Part shown: positions 5,835 through 7,140 of the stretch, piece by piece
How positions within the stretch are numbered: the first letter of the stretch is position 1
How the letters are laid out: the number at the start of each line of letters is the position of its first letter
Virus record (IMG/VR): IMGVR_UViG_2778261667_000001
Strand: one strand, 5' to 3'
Length of the DNA: 7,140 bases
Origin: a virus
Lineage: Duplodnaviria > Heunggongvirae > Uroviricota > Caudoviricetes
Position numbers and translations under genes: made by a program
Notes under the pieces: generated by a model
What the model saw: only the letters and a program-made list of their open reading frames with translations
Told to the model about the DNA's origin: nothing
The model's database searches: none

Positions 5835-6587
5835 TTAATCAGCCTCCAGTGGCAATAACGCCTTAGCCATTTCATGAATCAGCATGGCATCAATGACGCC
5901 TAGCGTATGGCCCGGCTTAATCTTTAATGCGGCCTCAAGATAGCCTCTTTCCAGAGTGGTTTTTACGCTTTTCCTGGGCGCTTGTTGGGAACTATCCGGA
6001 AGATCCGGATGGTTGCCAGCCTCATAAGCTACCCGCAACCAGTGCATGAATGTTTCCGCAGACACACAACCGCAGTCCACATCAATTTCCCCGCGTTGCT
6101 GTTCCAGCCATTGCTCAAAATCTAACTTGTAAGCCTTACTTTCAAGTTCATCACCATTGGACTTGACTTTCTGAGACGCTATGCGAGCTGCTTCATACTG
6201 TTCACGAGTGACAACCGATGTAAACGCACTGCGATCAAGGTCACTGATATCGCAAATAATGCCATCCAAGGAATAATTCTTTGATGATTGGTAATTTTTA
6301 TGGCGCGTACCAAAAAGAACCATAGCGCGACTACTACCTGGCATCGTAATGGATAGATGGCAAAAATCTTTTCCATCAGGCCATCCACGCCCCTTAGATA
6401 ATTCCTTCACTAACAAGTCAATCAGTGTCATAGCGTTACCATCCTTGCAAGGCGCTAAAGCTATTTTGGCAAGCTCCAATACGTCATCTGCTGTGTATCC
6501 AGCACCGTGACCATACATTTCGATACGGGAAATAATATCTGAAATACGCTCTTTAGTGATTCTTGTCATAGTTTTATTTCCTTGCAT
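5835..6587 (-). CDS. Hypothetical protein (244-250 aa)
   Basis: Long intact minus-strand ORF. Both ATG 6587 (AAGG 5-6 nt upstream) and ATG 6569 (AAGGAAA upstream, overlapping the upstream stop as ATGA) are plausible starts. No recognisable family. Confidence 0.7.
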   Translation of the reverse strand: MQGNKTMTRITKERISDIISRIEMYGHGAGYTADDVLELAKIALAPCKDGNAMTLIDLLVKELSKGRGWPDGKDFCHLSITMPGSSRAMVLFGTRHKNYQSSKNYSLDGIICDISDLDRSAFTSVVTREQYEAARIASQKVKSNGDELESKAYKLDFEQWLEQQRGEIDVDCGCVSAETFMHWLRVAYEAGNHPDLPDSSQQAPRKSVKTTLERGYLEAALKIKPGHTLGVIDAMLIHEMAKALLPLEAD

Positions 6588-6775
6588 GGTTCGCCTTTAC
6601 GGCAAACAGCTACACGGTCATTTCTTACATTAACCACAGTCACCGTTCCGTCATCGCATTGAATAACGATGAAAGGGTGTTCATTCTCTTTTGTGCAATG
6701 TTGCTGTTCCCCTGCTGTAACAGTGAGGGGGATTAATAAAATCATAATTACTGCGAATTTACTAAATGTTGCCAT
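6566..6775 (-). CDS. Small secreted or periplasmic protein with signal peptide and four Cys
   Basis: 69-aa ORF. The N-terminus MATFSKFAVIMILLIPLTVTAG looks like a Sec signal peptide. The ~47-aa mature part has four Cys (HCTKE, IQCDD, AVCRK, EPCKE). Its stop is coupled to the next gene's possible start. Confidence 0.5.
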   Translation of the reverse strand: MATFSKFAVIMILLIPLTVTAGEQQHCTKENEHPFIVIQCDDGTVTVVNVRNDRVAVCRKGEPCKEIKL

Positions 6776-6799
6776 AGCAATCTTTCTTTCTGTTTTTCA

Positions 6800-7093
6800 T
6801 TATGGTTGAATCCAGTTATCTTCAATAGCAATGCTCAATCTTTGTAACCATTCTGCTAATTTCAGCATTGCTTCTCTTTCGCTTAAACCACACGGAAAAT
6901 CATCAAGCGATATTGTTGGCTTGAAGTTTCCCAAATTATCCATTTCAACGGTCAGATTTTGCTCCAGAACGGTATTTCTTACGCGGCTATTGTGCCGAAG
7001 CAAATATACTGAACGTGATTTATTGGTTTTGTGGTCGAACGTATATTCGGTAAGTATCATCTGGCTTCCGCCATGATTATTACCGCGCCACAT
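6800..7093 (-). CDS. Hypothetical protein (86-97 aa)
   Basis: Intact ORF at the head of the minus-strand cluster. Possible starts are ATG 7093 (GGGG 5 nt upstream) or ATG 7060 (GGAAG upstream). No recognisable family. Confidence 0.5.
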   Translation of the reverse strand: MWRGNNHGGSQMILTEYTFDHKTNKSRSVYLLRHNSRVRNTVLEQNLTVEMDNLGNFKPTISLDDFPCGLSEREAMLKLAEWLQRLSIAIEDNWIQP

Positions 7094-7140
7094 AATTACC
7101 CCGTGTTAATTGAAATTTATCTATTGATCTTCACCTTTAT

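Noticed and set aside
5835-6587. HEMAK motif near the C-terminus of the 250-aa protein, as a possible zinc metalloprotease site
   Set aside because: The motif is HExxK, not HExxH, and there is no supporting downstream ligand motif; too weak to call.
1-7140. Possibility that the window is simply bacteriophage P1
   Set aside because: The recombinase is diverged from P1 Cre rather than identical, the site differs from loxP, and the downstream genes (dUTPase, DUF2829 fusion, terminase-like ATPase) are not the genes I recall downstream of cre in P1.
1-7140. CRISPR arrays, tRNA or rRNA genes, IS elements
   Set aside because: No regularly spaced direct repeats, no cloverleaf-like segments with conserved tRNA features, and no transposase-like ORF or terminal inverted repeats were seen by eye.

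Overview
This 7.1 kb window looks like an accessory region of an enterobacterial mobile element (a prophage or phage-plasmid), organised as two convergent blocks. All calls rest on reading the ORF translations and DNA by eye, with no database searches, so family assignments are from recalled motifs. The plus-strand block (134..5342) opens with a Cre-family tyrosine recombinase that has every catalytic residue intact, preceded by a 34-bp lox-like inverted repeat that also carries a near-consensus sigma70 promoter. It continues with three translationally coupled genes ending in a dUTPase, a two-domain protein whose C-terminus resembles the DUF2829 (Tad2-type) fold, an acidic-tailed protein, and a terminase-large-subunit-like ATPase that lacks a nuclease domain and has substituted Walker motifs. 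A strong bidirectional terminator (5311..5342) closes this block. The minus-strand block (7093..5499) encodes four proteins of unknown function, including a small secreted Cys-containing protein and a small lipoprotein. The most promising novelties are the Cre/lox-like pair, the DUF2829 fusion and the orphan terminase-like ATPase. No rRNA, tRNA, CRISPR array or transposase was seen.
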